From the NCBI GenBank assembly GCA_963662465.1, contig OY759599.1, positions 5,792,001 through 5,856,000 of the forward strand: a stretch of DNA of 64,000 bases. Direction: 5' to 3'. The position numbers and the translations under genes were made by a program. Every line of letters begins with the position of its first letter. Position 1 is the stretch's first letter. Below the pieces are notes generated by a model. It worked only from the letters and a program-made list of their open reading frames with translations, made no database searches and was not told the DNA's origin. Of the stretch, positions 18,689 through 28,269 are shown in pieces. Source of the DNA: Desulfatiglandales bacterium. GTDB taxonomy: Bacteria; Desulfobacterota; DSM-4660; Desulfatiglandales; Desulfatiglandaceae.

Positions 18689-18814
18689 GGCTTCAGATGA
18701 AAAAACCATTGCATCCCATTTGAAACATCGATAGTTTAAGATCAAAAAATTTACCAGAGCCGGCGACTATTGTAAAGATCTGAAATTCGAACTGAAGACA
18801 GGGAGGAGTCTTTT

Positions 18815-19429
18815 ATGCTGATTCAAACGTTTTTTTTTGCCGTGGGCGCCTATCTTGCGGGCGCTGTCCCCTTTGGAAAAATTATCGCCGGGTTTGCGGC
18901 GAAAATCGACATTACTGAGAGGGGAAGCAAAAATATCGGCGCCACCAATGTGGCCAGAGAGCTGGGTATGAAATGGGGTCTCCTGACATTGATCCTCGAT
19001 GTGTTGAAAGGACTGGTTCCCGTACTCCTTTTCTCTCTCTGTACCTTGAATGGGAGCGCATCGAGTCAAATGGGCCTTGCGTGCGTCAGTCTCTGTCCTT
19101 TGCTGGGGCACCAGTTTTCGATCTTTATGGGATTTCGGGGCGGCAAGGGTGTTGCCACGGCTTTGGGTATATATCTGGCACTTTCTCCCATCTCTTGTTT
19201 ACTGGGGCTTTTAATTTTCCTCCTGGTGGTCCTGAAGTGGGATTTCGTATCGTTAGGTTCCATGGTTGCAGCGGGTTGTATCCCCATATTTTTGACGCTT
19301 TTCCATCAACCCAAAACAGTGGTGTTGGCATCGGTTGTTATGGCAACGCTCATCTACATCCGGCACGGGGAAAATGTGGAAAGACTGGTCAGGGGCAAGG
19401 AGCGAAAATGGAGCGGTAGGAGCGAATAA
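18815..19429 (+). CDS. plsY: Glycerol-3-phosphate acyltransferase PlsY
   Basis: GSKNIGATN, LDVLKG, GHQFS, FRGGKGVAT, RHGENVERL. Confidence 0.95.
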   Translation: MLIQTFFFAVGAYLAGAVPFGKIIAGFAAKIDITERGSKNIGATNVARELGMKWGLLTLILDVLKGLVPVLLFSLCTLNGSASSQMGLACVSLCPLLGHQFSIFMGFRGGKGVATALGIYLALSPISCLLGLLIFLLVVLKWDFVSLGSMVAAGCIPIFLTLFHQPKTVVLASVVMATLIYIRHGENVERLVRGKERKWSGRSE

Positions 19430-19438
19430 TCATTCGCC

Positions 19439-20284
19439 CTACGTTAGAAATTCCACCAGCCGATCCAATTCATCATCGGAATAGAAATACAGAAGGATCT
19501 GCCCTTGTTTTCCTTCTTTTTTGATTTCAACCTTGGTTCCCAGCGATCGCTTAAGGTTATCCGATAGAGACCGGATGTAGGGATCATCCTTGGACAGGAT
19601 CTTTTTGGGTGGGGGCGGTTTTTTCAGTTTTTTTGCCAGGGCCTCGGCCTGTCGCACCGACAGCCCATTTTTGATAATGGCATCCCGCAAAACCATTTGT
19701 TGGTCTTTTTCCGTTATGCCGGCCAGCAGTCGTGCATGCCCCATATGGAGGCGTTTGTCGATCACGTCCTGCTGAATGGGAATCGGCAGGTTCAGAAGTC
19801 TTACCAGGTTGGCGATGGTTGACCGGTCTTTTCCTAATCGTTGGGCCAACGATTCCTGTGTGGATGCCGTATCTTCCAATAATTTTTTGTAAGCCGTGGC
19901 CTCTTCAATGGGGTTCAGGTCCTGCCTCTGGATGTTTTCAATGAGTGCCAGTTCCAGGGACTCCGCAGGCGTTACCTCCCGAACCACAATGGGAACCCGC
20001 TCAAGGCCTGCTTTCTGTGCGGCCCGCCATCGTCTTTCGCCGGCAATGAGCTGGTAGCCCGCCTCGGTTTTATTCACCAGAAGCGGGGTCAGGATGCCCT
20101 TTTCCCGCACCGAAGCCGCCATTTCATCGAGTTCATGGGACGGAAATTGTTGTCTGGGCTGGTTTGGATTCGGTTCAATGGCGCCGACGGGGCAGAGGAA
20201 AAATTGCTCTTCTTTTTCGTCCAGATTGTGGCCATCGGGAATCAGGGCCGACAAACCCTTTCCCAGAGCATTTCGTTTGATCAT
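19439..20284 (-). CDS. parB: Chromosome partitioning protein ParB
   Basis: LGKGLSALI, NPNQPR, IAGERRWRAA, LIENIQRQDLN, HTH. Confidence 0.95.
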   Translation of the reverse strand: MIKRNALGKGLSALIPDGHNLDEKEEQFFLCPVGAIEPNPNQPRQQFPSHELDEMAASVREKGILTPLLVNKTEAGYQLIAGERRWRAAQKAGLERVPIVVREVTPAESLELALIENIQRQDLNPIEEATAYKKLLEDTASTQESLAQRLGKDRSTIANLVRLLNLPIPIQQDVIDKRLHMGHARLLAGITEKDQQMVLRDAIIKNGLSVRQAEALAKKLKKPPPPKKILSKDDPYIRSLSDNLKRSLGTKVEIKKEGKQGQILLYFYSDDELDRLVEFLT

Positions 20285-21054
20285 GCCGTCTTCTTCTCCC
20301 TTTCAATCATTTCACGCGCCAGCGACAGGTAGCTCTGCGCCCCCTGTGAGCGTATGTCATAGAGGATAATGGGTTTGCCGTAACTCGGGGCTTCGCTTAG
20401 GCGAACATTTCGCGGGATCACCGTTTTTAGCACCCGTTCATTGAAAAGCGCCCGGGCTTCCTGCTCTACCTGATGGGAAAGATTGTTTCGCTGGTCGTGC
20501 ATGGTCAGCAGAATATCAACGTGCCTGAGTGCGGGATTGAGATTTTTCTTTATGGCCTTGATGGTTGTCAGCAGTTTGGACAACCCTTCCAGGGCATAAT
20601 ATTCGCATTGAAGCGGCACCAGGACGGACCTGGATGCTGTTAGGGCATTAATGGTTAAAAAACCGAGAGATGGCGGACAATCGAGAAAAACATAGTCATA
20701 GCGGTCTCGAAGCAATGAAATGGCCTTTCTGAGCAGAAATTCCTTGGAAGCCATGGATGCCATTTCCACTTCGGCGCCGATGAGTTCATGGGTGGCGCCC
20801 AGAAGGTGGAGGTGGGGAAGCTCGGTTTCGGAAATGGCCTCTTCCAGGGAAGCCGTTCTCATGAGGAGATCGTAAAGGCCGTGGGACAGGCCGGCGGTAT
20901 CGAGTCCCAATCCGGTTGTCGCGTTCCCCTGGGGATCGCAATCAATCAAAAGACAGGTTTTCTCGCCGGCGGCAATGGCGGCGGAAAGATTGACGGCGGT
21001 GGTTGTTTTCCCGACGCCGCCTTTTTGATTTGAAATGGAAATTACCTGGGTCAT
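20281..21054 (-). CDS. parA: Chromosome partitioning ATPase ParA/Soj
   Basis: NQKGGVGKTT, DPQGN, DCPPSLG, QCEYYALEG, PRNVRLSEAPS. Confidence 0.97.
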   Translation of the reverse strand: MTQVISISNQKGGVGKTTTAVNLSAAIAAGEKTCLLIDCDPQGNATTGLGLDTAGLSHGLYDLLMRTASLEEAISETELPHLHLLGATHELIGAEVEMASMASKEFLLRKAISLLRDRYDYVFLDCPPSLGFLTINALTASRSVLVPLQCEYYALEGLSKLLTTIKAIKKNLNPALRHVDILLTMHDQRNNLSHQVEQEARALFNERVLKTVIPRNVRLSEAPSYGKPIILYDIRSQGAQSYLSLAREMIEREKKTA

Positions 21055-21065
21055 AGTTTTAACGC

Positions 21066-23069
21066 TTATAGTTTCAGCCCAAGTTCGAAGCCTTCTCGAA
21101 TGGCCGTCAGTACGTTTCGTGGGTTTTTAGCATCCCCGATCACATGAATTTCAGAGACCAGATCCTCAATCTCTTCAAGCAGTCCGTTTTCCGGTTTTGA
21201 GCCTGCCGCAAGGACGATGGTGTCGGCGGCAATAAGCCTGGGTCCCGTTTCATCTTCCACCTCAAGGCCCTCGGATGTTATCCTAACGGCGCGGGTTTTC
21301 GTCAAAAGCCTTACCCCAAGACGTTCCAGTTCTCCCATGAGGGTCCATTTGGTGGTCAGCCCCACATCGACGCCCGCTTTGGGGGCCATTTCAACCACGG
21401 TGACCTGCTTGTTCCCCCGGTCGAGGAGTTCCGTTAATGTTTCAAATGTTTCGGCACGGTTGACCATGAGAAAATGGAGTACATCGGGTGAAAGGGTTCC
21501 CTGGTTGGCCAGAAACAGGGCGGTTTCAAGGCCCACGGCATTCCCTCCCAGGATAACCACGTTCCTGCCGGTTTCCACATTTTCTTCCAGCAGTTGCCAG
21601 GCCTGAATTACATTGTCTCCGTCAATGCCCTTTATTTCCGGTTTCGTGGGATAAGCGCCCGTGGCCAGCACCACCACATCCGGGGCCAGTTGGCCCACCA
21701 CCGCCCGCGTGACCGCCTTTTCCATAATGGTCTCCACCCGTTTGTCATGAAGGTTGTTGATCAGGTCGATGGCGGCGGTTTCCAGCTCCCCGCGTCCGGG
21801 GATGAAATGGTTCAAAAGGATCTGGCCCCCCAGCTTTCCGCTTTTTTCCATGAGCGTTACATGATGTCCCCGCTCCTTGGCGGTACGGGCCACCGTCATA
21901 CCGGCCGGCCCCCCGCCAACCACAAGGATTTTTTTGGATTTTGGAGCGGGGTTTATCAGTAGTTCGCCTTCTCGACCGGCTCGCGGGTTCACCGTGCATG
22001 TGGCGGGACGTCCCTGGAAAATTGAGTCAAAGCAGCCCTGGTTGCAGGCTATACAATGGTAAATCAGGCGGGATTTTCCGTTGCGGGCCTTGTTGGGCAA
22101 TTCAGGATCGGCCAGAAGCCCTCTGGCCATGGTCACAAGATCCGCGCCGCCGCTTCGAAGAATTTCTTCTCCTTCTTTGGGATCATTGATCCGGTTGCTG
22201 GAAATGACGGGCTTTGATACGGCTGAGCGGATTCCCCTGGCCAGGTAGACGTAGGCCTTTCGGGGAACGCCCATGGTGAGCTGAGGCACTCGGGTTTCGT
22301 GCCATCCCCCCGTGACGTTAAAGAGATCAATCCCCGCTTTTTCAGCTTCCGCGGCAAATAGTTTTGCCTCACGGTTAGTGTTGCTCCCCTTCATGAAATC
22401 GTTTCCGGCGATGCGCAGCAGGATTGGATAGTCAGGCCCCAGGGCCTTTCGCACTTTCACAATGGTTTCGAGACCGAAGCGCATTCGGTTTTCAAAAGAG
22501 CCGCCGTATGCATCTTCCCGCAAATTGGTGATGGGAGAAAGAAACTGGCTGATGAGATATCCGGCGCTTCCCAGGATTTCCACCGCATCAAAGCCGGCTT
22601 CCCGAGCGCGCACCGCTGCCTGTGCAAATTTATCCTGAACCCCGGCAATTTCCTCGAGTGCCAATGCCCTCGGGGTTTCTCCCGTCAGTCTGGAGCGAAC
22701 GGCCGAGGCGGATATGGGTTGTCGTCCGCCGATCATGGCGGAATGGGTATACCGGCCGGCCTGATAAAGCTGCGCCGCGATTTTGGCGCCATGCTCCTGA
22801 ACGTCGCCGGTAAGCCGTTTTAATCCCGGGATGAAACGATCATCGTTGATGGAGATCATGCCCACCATCCCCCCGAATTCATCGATAGGACATCCCCCCA
22901 CGATGACAAAACCGACGCCCCCTCGGGCTCTTTCAGTATAGAAGTTAACGAGCTGGTCCGTAACCTCTCCTTGCGGGGTATAACCCAGATGCATGGCGGT
23001 CATGACAATCCGGTTCCTCAGTTCCATGTTCTGGATGGCTATGGGGGAAAACAGATGTGGATATTCCAT
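21066..23069 (-). CDS. 2,4-dienoyl-CoA reductase-like NADH:flavin oxidoreductase (FadH family)
   Basis: OYE barrel, CIACNQGC Fe-S motif, GGGPAG; start set at MEYPHLFSP. Confidence 0.9.
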   Translation of the reverse strand: MEYPHLFSPIAIQNMELRNRIVMTAMHLGYTPQGEVTDQLVNFYTERARGGVGFVIVGGCPIDEFGGMVGMISINDDRFIPGLKRLTGDVQEHGAKIAAQLYQAGRYTHSAMIGGRQPISASAVRSRLTGETPRALALEEIAGVQDKFAQAAVRAREAGFDAVEILGSAGYLISQFLSPITNLREDAYGGSFENRMRFGLETIVKVRKALGPDYPILLRIAGNDFMKGSNTNREAKLFAAEAEKAGIDLFNVTGGWHETRVPQLTMGVPRKAYVYLARGIRSAVSKPVISSNRINDPKEGEEILRSGGADLVTMARGLLADPELPNKARNGKSRLIYHCIACNQGCFDSIFQGRPATCTVNPRAGREGELLINPAPKSKKILVVGGGPAGMTVARTAKERGHHVTLMEKSGKLGGQILLNHFIPGRGELETAAIDLINNLHDKRVETIMEKAVTRAVVGQLAPDVVVLATGAYPTKPEIKGIDGDNVIQAWQLLEENVETGRNVVILGGNAVGLETALFLANQGTLSPDVLHFLMVNRAETFETLTELLDRGNKQVTVVEMAPKAGVDVGLTTKWTLMGELERLGVRLLTKTRAVRITSEGLEVEDETGPRLIAADTIVLAAGSKPENGLLEEIEDLVSEIHVIGDAKNPRNVLTAIREGFELGLKL

Positions 23070-23138
23070 TTTTTTTGACTCCTTTCGTTGGCGTGTCCGC
23101 ACGCTCATCACAATGGGTGAACATTGGCATACATTAGA

Positions 23139-23237
23139 GAAAATATCAACCAAACCTTTCAGAGAAAAGATAGGGTTGAGGGATGAAAGGTGAAAGCTGA
23201 AATACATGAGGGAAAATATCAACCAAACCTTTCAGAG
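23139..23237. repeat. 26-bp perfect direct repeat (23139-23164, 23212-23237) flanking a 47-bp heptamer-rich spacer
   Basis: GAAAATATCAACCAAACCTTTCAGAG twice; spacer has GATGAAA GGTGAAA GCTGAAA. Confidence 0.9.
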
Positions 23238-24193
23238 GGATCTTCTTCTTCCATATAGGCTCTTTTTCTCTTAACCCCTTTAATGAACCCATAAACCAGT
23301 ATCAAGGCGCCCAGGGCAAAGAGGATTTCATAGAGATAATAGCTCAGGTGTGCAAACCAGGCGATATTCTGTTTAAGGGATGCTCGCCATTCTTTCTCAA
23401 TTTTGTACAGGGGCGTGTCAAGGGCTCTGGAAACCGCTTCTCGCAGTGGGACGCCTTCTTTCATCAGGGCCATAATTTCAAGCAATCCCGCCTTTCCATG
23501 GGTGCTGATGATGGTGTCGATGACGCTTTTGCTCTCTTCGTAGGCCAGACGCAATTCATTTTCGTTTAGAGGAAAATCCCTGGCCAGGCTTCCCAGCGGG
23601 ATGAGCCGATCAGAGAAGGCGGCTTTCGGCAACAGGGCTTCCTTTTGTTCATGGACAATATCCATGACCCCGTTGGCGACCCACTGGGCCACTCCCTCGT
23701 CAAACCATCGGGGGATGGGGACTTTGTTGATCGTTCCGTGAAGGAGCAGGTGACAAAGCTCATGCTTCAGGATATTGGCAAAATTTACCGGGTTTGAGAT
23801 TCTTGAGCAGTCCATGACCACGAGGTTTTTTTGAGGCGCCGCGAAACCCACCACAAGCGGACTGTGGGTCATTTTTAGAAAGCGCTGATGATCGTTCATA
23901 AGAATGACGGTGGGATTCCAGTCGAAAGGCCATTTGAAAATTTCCTGAAGGTCCATTTTCAGGGTCGGCGCCATTTGGGCGGTTTCTTCGGCCAGAGCCG
24001 CGAGAGAGGGTGGAAAAAGAACCTTCACGCCATTGCCTCTGAGGGCGTTGAACTCGGATGCCAGGGAATATTGGGTGGCCAAAAAAACAAAGATCCAGAA
24101 GAAAACGGCGATTCCCACGGTTATAGGCCAGGACCGGCGATGGTATTGACGGGGGAAATGGGCAAAAATGATCATGGGATCTCCAAAGGGCAT
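23219..24193 (-). CDS. Membrane-anchored zinc metallopeptidase (peptidase MA-like); start uncertain
   Basis: HELCH zincin motif, PRWFDEGVAQW; hydrophobic helices near both ends. Confidence 0.8.
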   Translation of the reverse strand: MPFGDPMIIFAHFPRQYHRRSWPITVGIAVFFWIFVFLATQYSLASEFNALRGNGVKVLFPPSLAALAEETAQMAPTLKMDLQEIFKWPFDWNPTVILMNDHQRFLKMTHSPLVVGFAAPQKNLVVMDCSRISNPVNFANILKHELCHLLLHGTINKVPIPRWFDEGVAQWVANGVMDIVHEQKEALLPKAAFSDRLIPLGSLARDFPLNENELRLAYEESKSVIDTIISTHGKAGLLEIMALMKEGVPLREAVSRALDTPLYKIEKEWRASLKQNIAWFAHLSYYLYEILFALGALILVYGFIKGVKRKRAYMEEEDPSERFG

Positions 24194-24275
24194 CCGCCCA
24201 CCGAGGAGTGGGCCTTGAAAAGAAACCGGATATGGTTTACCATAGATAAAACTGTTTGAAAACCGGGGATTGCAT

Positions 24276-25451
24276 ATGGAAAATGTCCTTACGGGCCTTG
24301 ATTGTTTAGACAAAAGTGAATGGACCCGGTTTAAGGGACAACGGCTGGGTCTTCTTTCAAATCAGGCTTCGGTCAATCAAAACCTTGAAACCGCACGGGA
24401 TATTCTGTTAAAGCGACTTCCCGGCCAATTGCGGGCGCTTTTCGGGCCTCAGCACGGGTATGGGGGCGAAGATCAGGACAATATGGTTGAAACGCCCCAT
24501 GGCCGTGATCAGACCCTGAATATTCCCGTTTTCAGTCTGTATGCCGAATCCCGGGATCCGGAGCCGGAAATGTTTGACCTCATAGACACCCTGATTATCG
24601 ACCTTCAGGATGTGGGAACACGGGTTTATACCTTTTCATCCACCATGCTCCGCTGTATGAGGGCCGCAGCGCTTTTTGGAAAAAAAGTCGTTGTTCTGGA
24701 CCGTCCCAATCCCCTTGGCGGGCTCATCCTGGAAGGGAATTGTCTTGCGCCTGAGCTGTTTTCCTTTGTGGGTCCCGCGGCGCTGCCAATGCGGCACGGT
24801 CTCACCATGGGTGAAATGTCGCGTCTTTTCAACCAGGCATTCGGGCTTGGATGCGATCTTGACGTTATTGCCATGGTCGGGTGGCGCAGGCACATGACCT
24901 GGGGTGAAACGGGCCTTCGGTGGGTGATGCCCTCTCCCAATATGCCTTTTCCAGAAACAGCCTTCGTTTATCCCGGCCAGGTGCTGTGGGAAGGCACCCA
25001 TATTTCCGAAGGAAGAGGCACCTGCCGGCCCTTTGAAATTTTCGGCGCCCCTTATTTTAATACGATGGCCATCAAAAAATGCTTGGACGCGCGGGCCTTT
25101 AAGGGATGCTGTTTGCAGGACTATTTGTTTCGTCCCACATTTCACAAATGGGCCGGGAAGCTTTGCCATGGGTTTATGATCCACATTCTGGATTTTGACG
25201 TCTATCGGCCCTATTATACGTCCCTGGCGCTTTTGCAGGCTGTGATATCCCTGTACGGGGAGCATTTTGAGTGGAAAATGCCGCCCTACGAGTATGAAAC
25301 GAAAAAAAAACCCATCGACATGATTTTGGGGAACACTTCCCTTCGGCGTGGTTTGGAATCCGGCTGTTCGCTTCCTCGTTTATGGGAGGGCTGGGTGGCG
25401 GAATTCAAAACCTATCGTCAGTGGATAAAGCCGAGCCTGCTTTATTCGTAG
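24276..25451 (+). CDS. DUF1343 / NamZ-family exo-beta-N-acetylmuramidase-like protein
   Basis: LFGPQHG, DLQDVGTRVYT, LDRPNP, RHGLTMGE, PSPNMP, SEGRGT. Confidence 0.9.
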   Translation: MENVLTGLDCLDKSEWTRFKGQRLGLLSNQASVNQNLETARDILLKRLPGQLRALFGPQHGYGGEDQDNMVETPHGRDQTLNIPVFSLYAESRDPEPEMFDLIDTLIIDLQDVGTRVYTFSSTMLRCMRAAALFGKKVVVLDRPNPLGGLILEGNCLAPELFSFVGPAALPMRHGLTMGEMSRLFNQAFGLGCDLDVIAMVGWRRHMTWGETGLRWVMPSPNMPFPETAFVYPGQVLWEGTHISEGRGTCRPFEIFGAPYFNTMAIKKCLDARAFKGCCLQDYLFRPTFHKWAGKLCHGFMIHILDFDVYRPYYTSLALLQAVISLYGEHFEWKMPPYEYETKKKPIDMILGNTSLRRGLESGCSLPRLWEGWVAEFKTYRQWIKPSLLYS

Positions 25452-25530
25452 AATTTTAAGGAGCGCAGGTTCCTTCCACATGAAGGCCGATCATGTGCAA
25501 CGGGTTTGAATCATTGGGGGGGATGGGCAA

Positions 25531-25689
25531 TCAGTCCTTTTGCCCACCGCCGATCCATCGGTCAATGGCATCTTTGTCAAATCTCCACACTCTGCCGATC
25601 CGGATGGCGGGGATTTTTCCTTCGGCCGCATATTTACAGATAGTGATTTCATGCAGCTTTAAATATTTTGCAATTTCTTTGGTTGTCAT
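25531..25689 (-). CDS. Small excisionase-like HTH_17 DNA-binding protein (52 aa, below ORF-track cutoff)
   Basis: Hand translation MTTKEIAKYLKLHEITICKYAAEGKIPAIRIGRVWRFDKDAIDRWIGGGQKD. Confidence 0.85.
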   Translation of the reverse strand: MTTKEIAKYLKLHEITICKYAAEGKIPAIRIGRVWRFDKDAIDRWIGGGQKD

Positions 25690-25910
25690 GATCTGTGCAT
25701 AACGCATTCCTCAATATTCAAATAGGTTCAACGGGTGCTTTGAAAGACATAAAAACCCAAACTCGCATTTAGCTCAGACTTTAATGACGAAAACACTTAA
25801 AGTCAATAAGAATTCTGTTAATAACGAATATTGAATGAAATTTTCGGAATCCTTCTTGAAGGATGCCTTAAGCAGTTTTAGGTTTTCCGTCAACGACTTT
25901 AGCTTACCCC

Positions 25911-25939
25911 TTGACGAGGCTCTGCCCCCTCATTATAAA
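25911..25939 (+). promoter_or_regulatory. Putative sigma70 promoter of the ClC gene
   Basis: TTGACG-17 nt-TATAAA. Confidence 0.6.
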
Positions 25940-25995
25940 GGGCCTGGCATGAATATTTAATGAAATTGTAATAATCTAATAGAAGGCATACCGGC

Positions 25996-28263
25996 ATGGC
26001 TCATCGAAGCAAACTCAAAATCTGGCCTGACTTAACCACATTAAAGGCACAATCCAACACCCTTACAACGGCGGGAAAATGGGGTTTTTATTTTATCCTC
26101 ATCGGCCTAATTGCCGGTTTGGGATCTATTTTTTTTCAATTTCTCTGCCAGATTGGGTCCCATTTCTTGTTGGACCAGATGGCCGGATATCGTCCTCCCG
26201 ATCCCGCGGGAGAGGGACACCTTTTTAACCAGACTCAGACTGTTTTCAACCGATGGATGCTTCTTTTTCTACCGGTATTCGGGGGACTTATCAGCGGGTG
26301 GCTGGTCTATACCTTTGCACCGGAAGCAGAGGGCCACGGAACCGATGCCGCCATTGATTCCTACCACAACAAGGGCGGATTTATTCGGGGGAGGATTCCC
26401 ATTATTAAAACCTTCGCTTCCGCCATTACCTTGACCTCAGGGGGCTCCGGCGGTCGTGAAGGACCCATCGCCCAGATCGGCGCGGGGTTTGGATCTTTTC
26501 TGGCCACAAAGCTGAAGCTTTCAGACCGGGAACGCCGGATTATGCTGGCGGCCGGTATGGGAGCCGGCGTGGGAAGCATTTTCAGGGCGCCGTTGGCAGG
26601 CGCCCTGTTTGCTGCGGAAGTGCTTTACCGCGATCCCGAATTTGAATCCGAGGTGATTATCCCGGCTGGCATCTCATCGGTGGTGGCCTATTGCGTCTTC
26701 TGCCTGGTTTTTGGATGGGGGTCGCTCTTTGAAACCCAGCCTTTTGTGTTCCGAAATCCCATGGAGCTGGGTCCCTATATGGTCCTGGCCGTCGTGCTGG
26801 CCGCAGGGGGCTTCCTGTATGTGAAAGCTTTTTACGGTGTTCAGGGCGCCTTTAAAAAGATCAAACTCCCCAACCACATCAAACCGGCCATTGGGGGTCT
26901 GTTGACGGGGGCCATCGGTTTTTTCCTGCCGGAAACCCTGTCCTTCGGTTACGGCTTTGCACAAATGGCCTTGGACAATGAACTTCCCACCCTGCTGCTG
27001 CTGGCCCTGGCATTGGGAAAAATATTGACCACTTCTTTTTCCATCGGCTCAGGCGGCAGCGGGGGCGTGTTTGGGCCTTCCGTGGTGATTGGCGGCGCAC
27101 TGGGCGGCGCTATGGGCAGAATCTTTCATGACATTATGCCCAATGTGGTGACGCAACCGGGGGCCTTTGTGGTGGTGGGCATGGCGGGCTTTTTCGCGGG
27201 CGTTTCCAATACCCCCATCTCTACCATTATATTTGTCAGCGAAATGACCAATTCTTATCATCTTCTGCTCCCGGGTCTTCTGGTGTGTTCGCTGGCCTAT
27301 TTGATTTCCCGGAAGTGGACCATTTACGATAAACAGGTGAAGTCCAAAATTGATTCCAACGCCCACCGGGGTGATTTTTTTGTGGATATCCTGGAAGCCA
27401 TTCGCGTTAAGGAGTTGACCGGACAGTTCAGAAAAGTCCAACTGATTCCCCAGGATATGACGTTGAAGCGGTTCCGGAAGATTTTCAGTTCCAGCGACCA
27501 GCATTATTATCCCGTGGTGGATACGGAAAACAGGCTTACGGGGATATTTTCCATCAATGATATCCGCGGTGTTATTTTTGATGAAGAGATCGGCGACCTG
27601 GTGCGGATGAAGGATGTGGCCAACCCCCACATTATCTACACGACCCCGTCTGAAGATTTAAACGCCGTTTTGAAAAAATGCACCGTCCGTAATCTGGCGC
27701 GGGTGCCTGTGGTTCGAGACGAAGATCACGCAGTTCTTATCGGGATGCTGGATCGCAGGGATTTGATCGAGTGCTACAACAAACGGGTGGACGAGATGAA
27801 AGCCGGCGGTGGAGGGGACAGGAAAGGTGAACCCGCTCCGGTGCCGGATAGCGAAATGAGCCGGTTCAGGGGCGTGTCCGTCGCGAATGCAATGACCCCC
27901 ACCGTGGAACCGGTAAACGTTCAAATGCCCCTGGAAGGGCTCAAAAAGCTCATTTACGAAAGCCGATTCAGCAGTTTTCCCGTAGTGGATGACGAGGGGA
28001 GGCTCAAAGGGATCCTTTCTCTATCCGACTGCAGAAGAGCGGTAAAGAAAGGCAAAGCATCCATTACTGCGGGGCATGTGGCAACCCGCGATGTGGTGAG
28101 TGTTACTCGGGGTGAGACCCTCCTGTCGGCTCTGGCCAAAATTACCGCCGGCGATTTTGCCGTTCTTCCCGTGGTGGATGGCGATGATCCTGAAAAACTG
28201 CTGGGGGTCATCAGCCGGAAAGATATCATGTCGGCATTCAATGACGTTATAAAAAAGGCGTAA
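25996..28263 (+). CDS. ClC chloride channel/antiporter with two CBS pairs
   Basis: GHGTD, GREGP, GVFGP; four CBS-like segments. Confidence 0.93.
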   Translation: MAHRSKLKIWPDLTTLKAQSNTLTTAGKWGFYFILIGLIAGLGSIFFQFLCQIGSHFLLDQMAGYRPPDPAGEGHLFNQTQTVFNRWMLLFLPVFGGLISGWLVYTFAPEAEGHGTDAAIDSYHNKGGFIRGRIPIIKTFASAITLTSGGSGGREGPIAQIGAGFGSFLATKLKLSDRERRIMLAAGMGAGVGSIFRAPLAGALFAAEVLYRDPEFESEVIIPAGISSVVAYCVFCLVFGWGSLFETQPFVFRNPMELGPYMVLAVVLAAGGFLYVKAFYGVQGAFKKIKLPNHIKPAIGGLLTGAIGFFLPETLSFGYGFAQMALDNELPTLLLLALALGKILTTSFSIGSGGSGGVFGPSVVIGGALGGAMGRIFHDIMPNVVTQPGAFVVVGMAGFFAGVSNTPISTIIFVSEMTNSYHLLLPGLLVCSLAYLISRKWTIYDKQVKSKIDSNAHRGDFFVDILEAIRVKELTGQFRKVQLIPQDMTLKRFRKIFSSSDQHYYPVVDTENRLTGIFSINDIRGVIFDEEIGDLVRMKDVANPHIIYTTPSEDLNAVLKKCTVRNLARVPVVRDEDHAVLIGMLDRRDLIECYNKRVDEMKAGGGGDRKGEPAPVPDSEMSRFRGVSVANAMTPTVEPVNVQMPLEGLKKLIYESRFSSFPVVDDEGRLKGILSLSDCRRAVKKGKASITAGHVATRDVVSVTRGETLLSALAKITAGDFAVLPVVDGDDPEKLLGVISRKDIMSAFNDVIKKA

Positions 28264-28269
28264 ACGGCT

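Noticed and set aside
19439..21054. parAB as a sign of oriC or a plasmid
   Set aside because: No dnaA, gidAB, rep gene, DnaA-box cluster or parS palindrome noticed by eye; flanks are housekeeping genes
23139..23237. Two 26-bp repeats as a mini-CRISPR
   Set aside because: Only two copies, one is a coding gene end, spacer is low-complexity, no cas genes
25531..25689. Excisionase-like gene as a prophage or ICE boundary
   Set aside because: No integrase, tRNA or phage genes nearby; stand-alone HTH_17 genes are common
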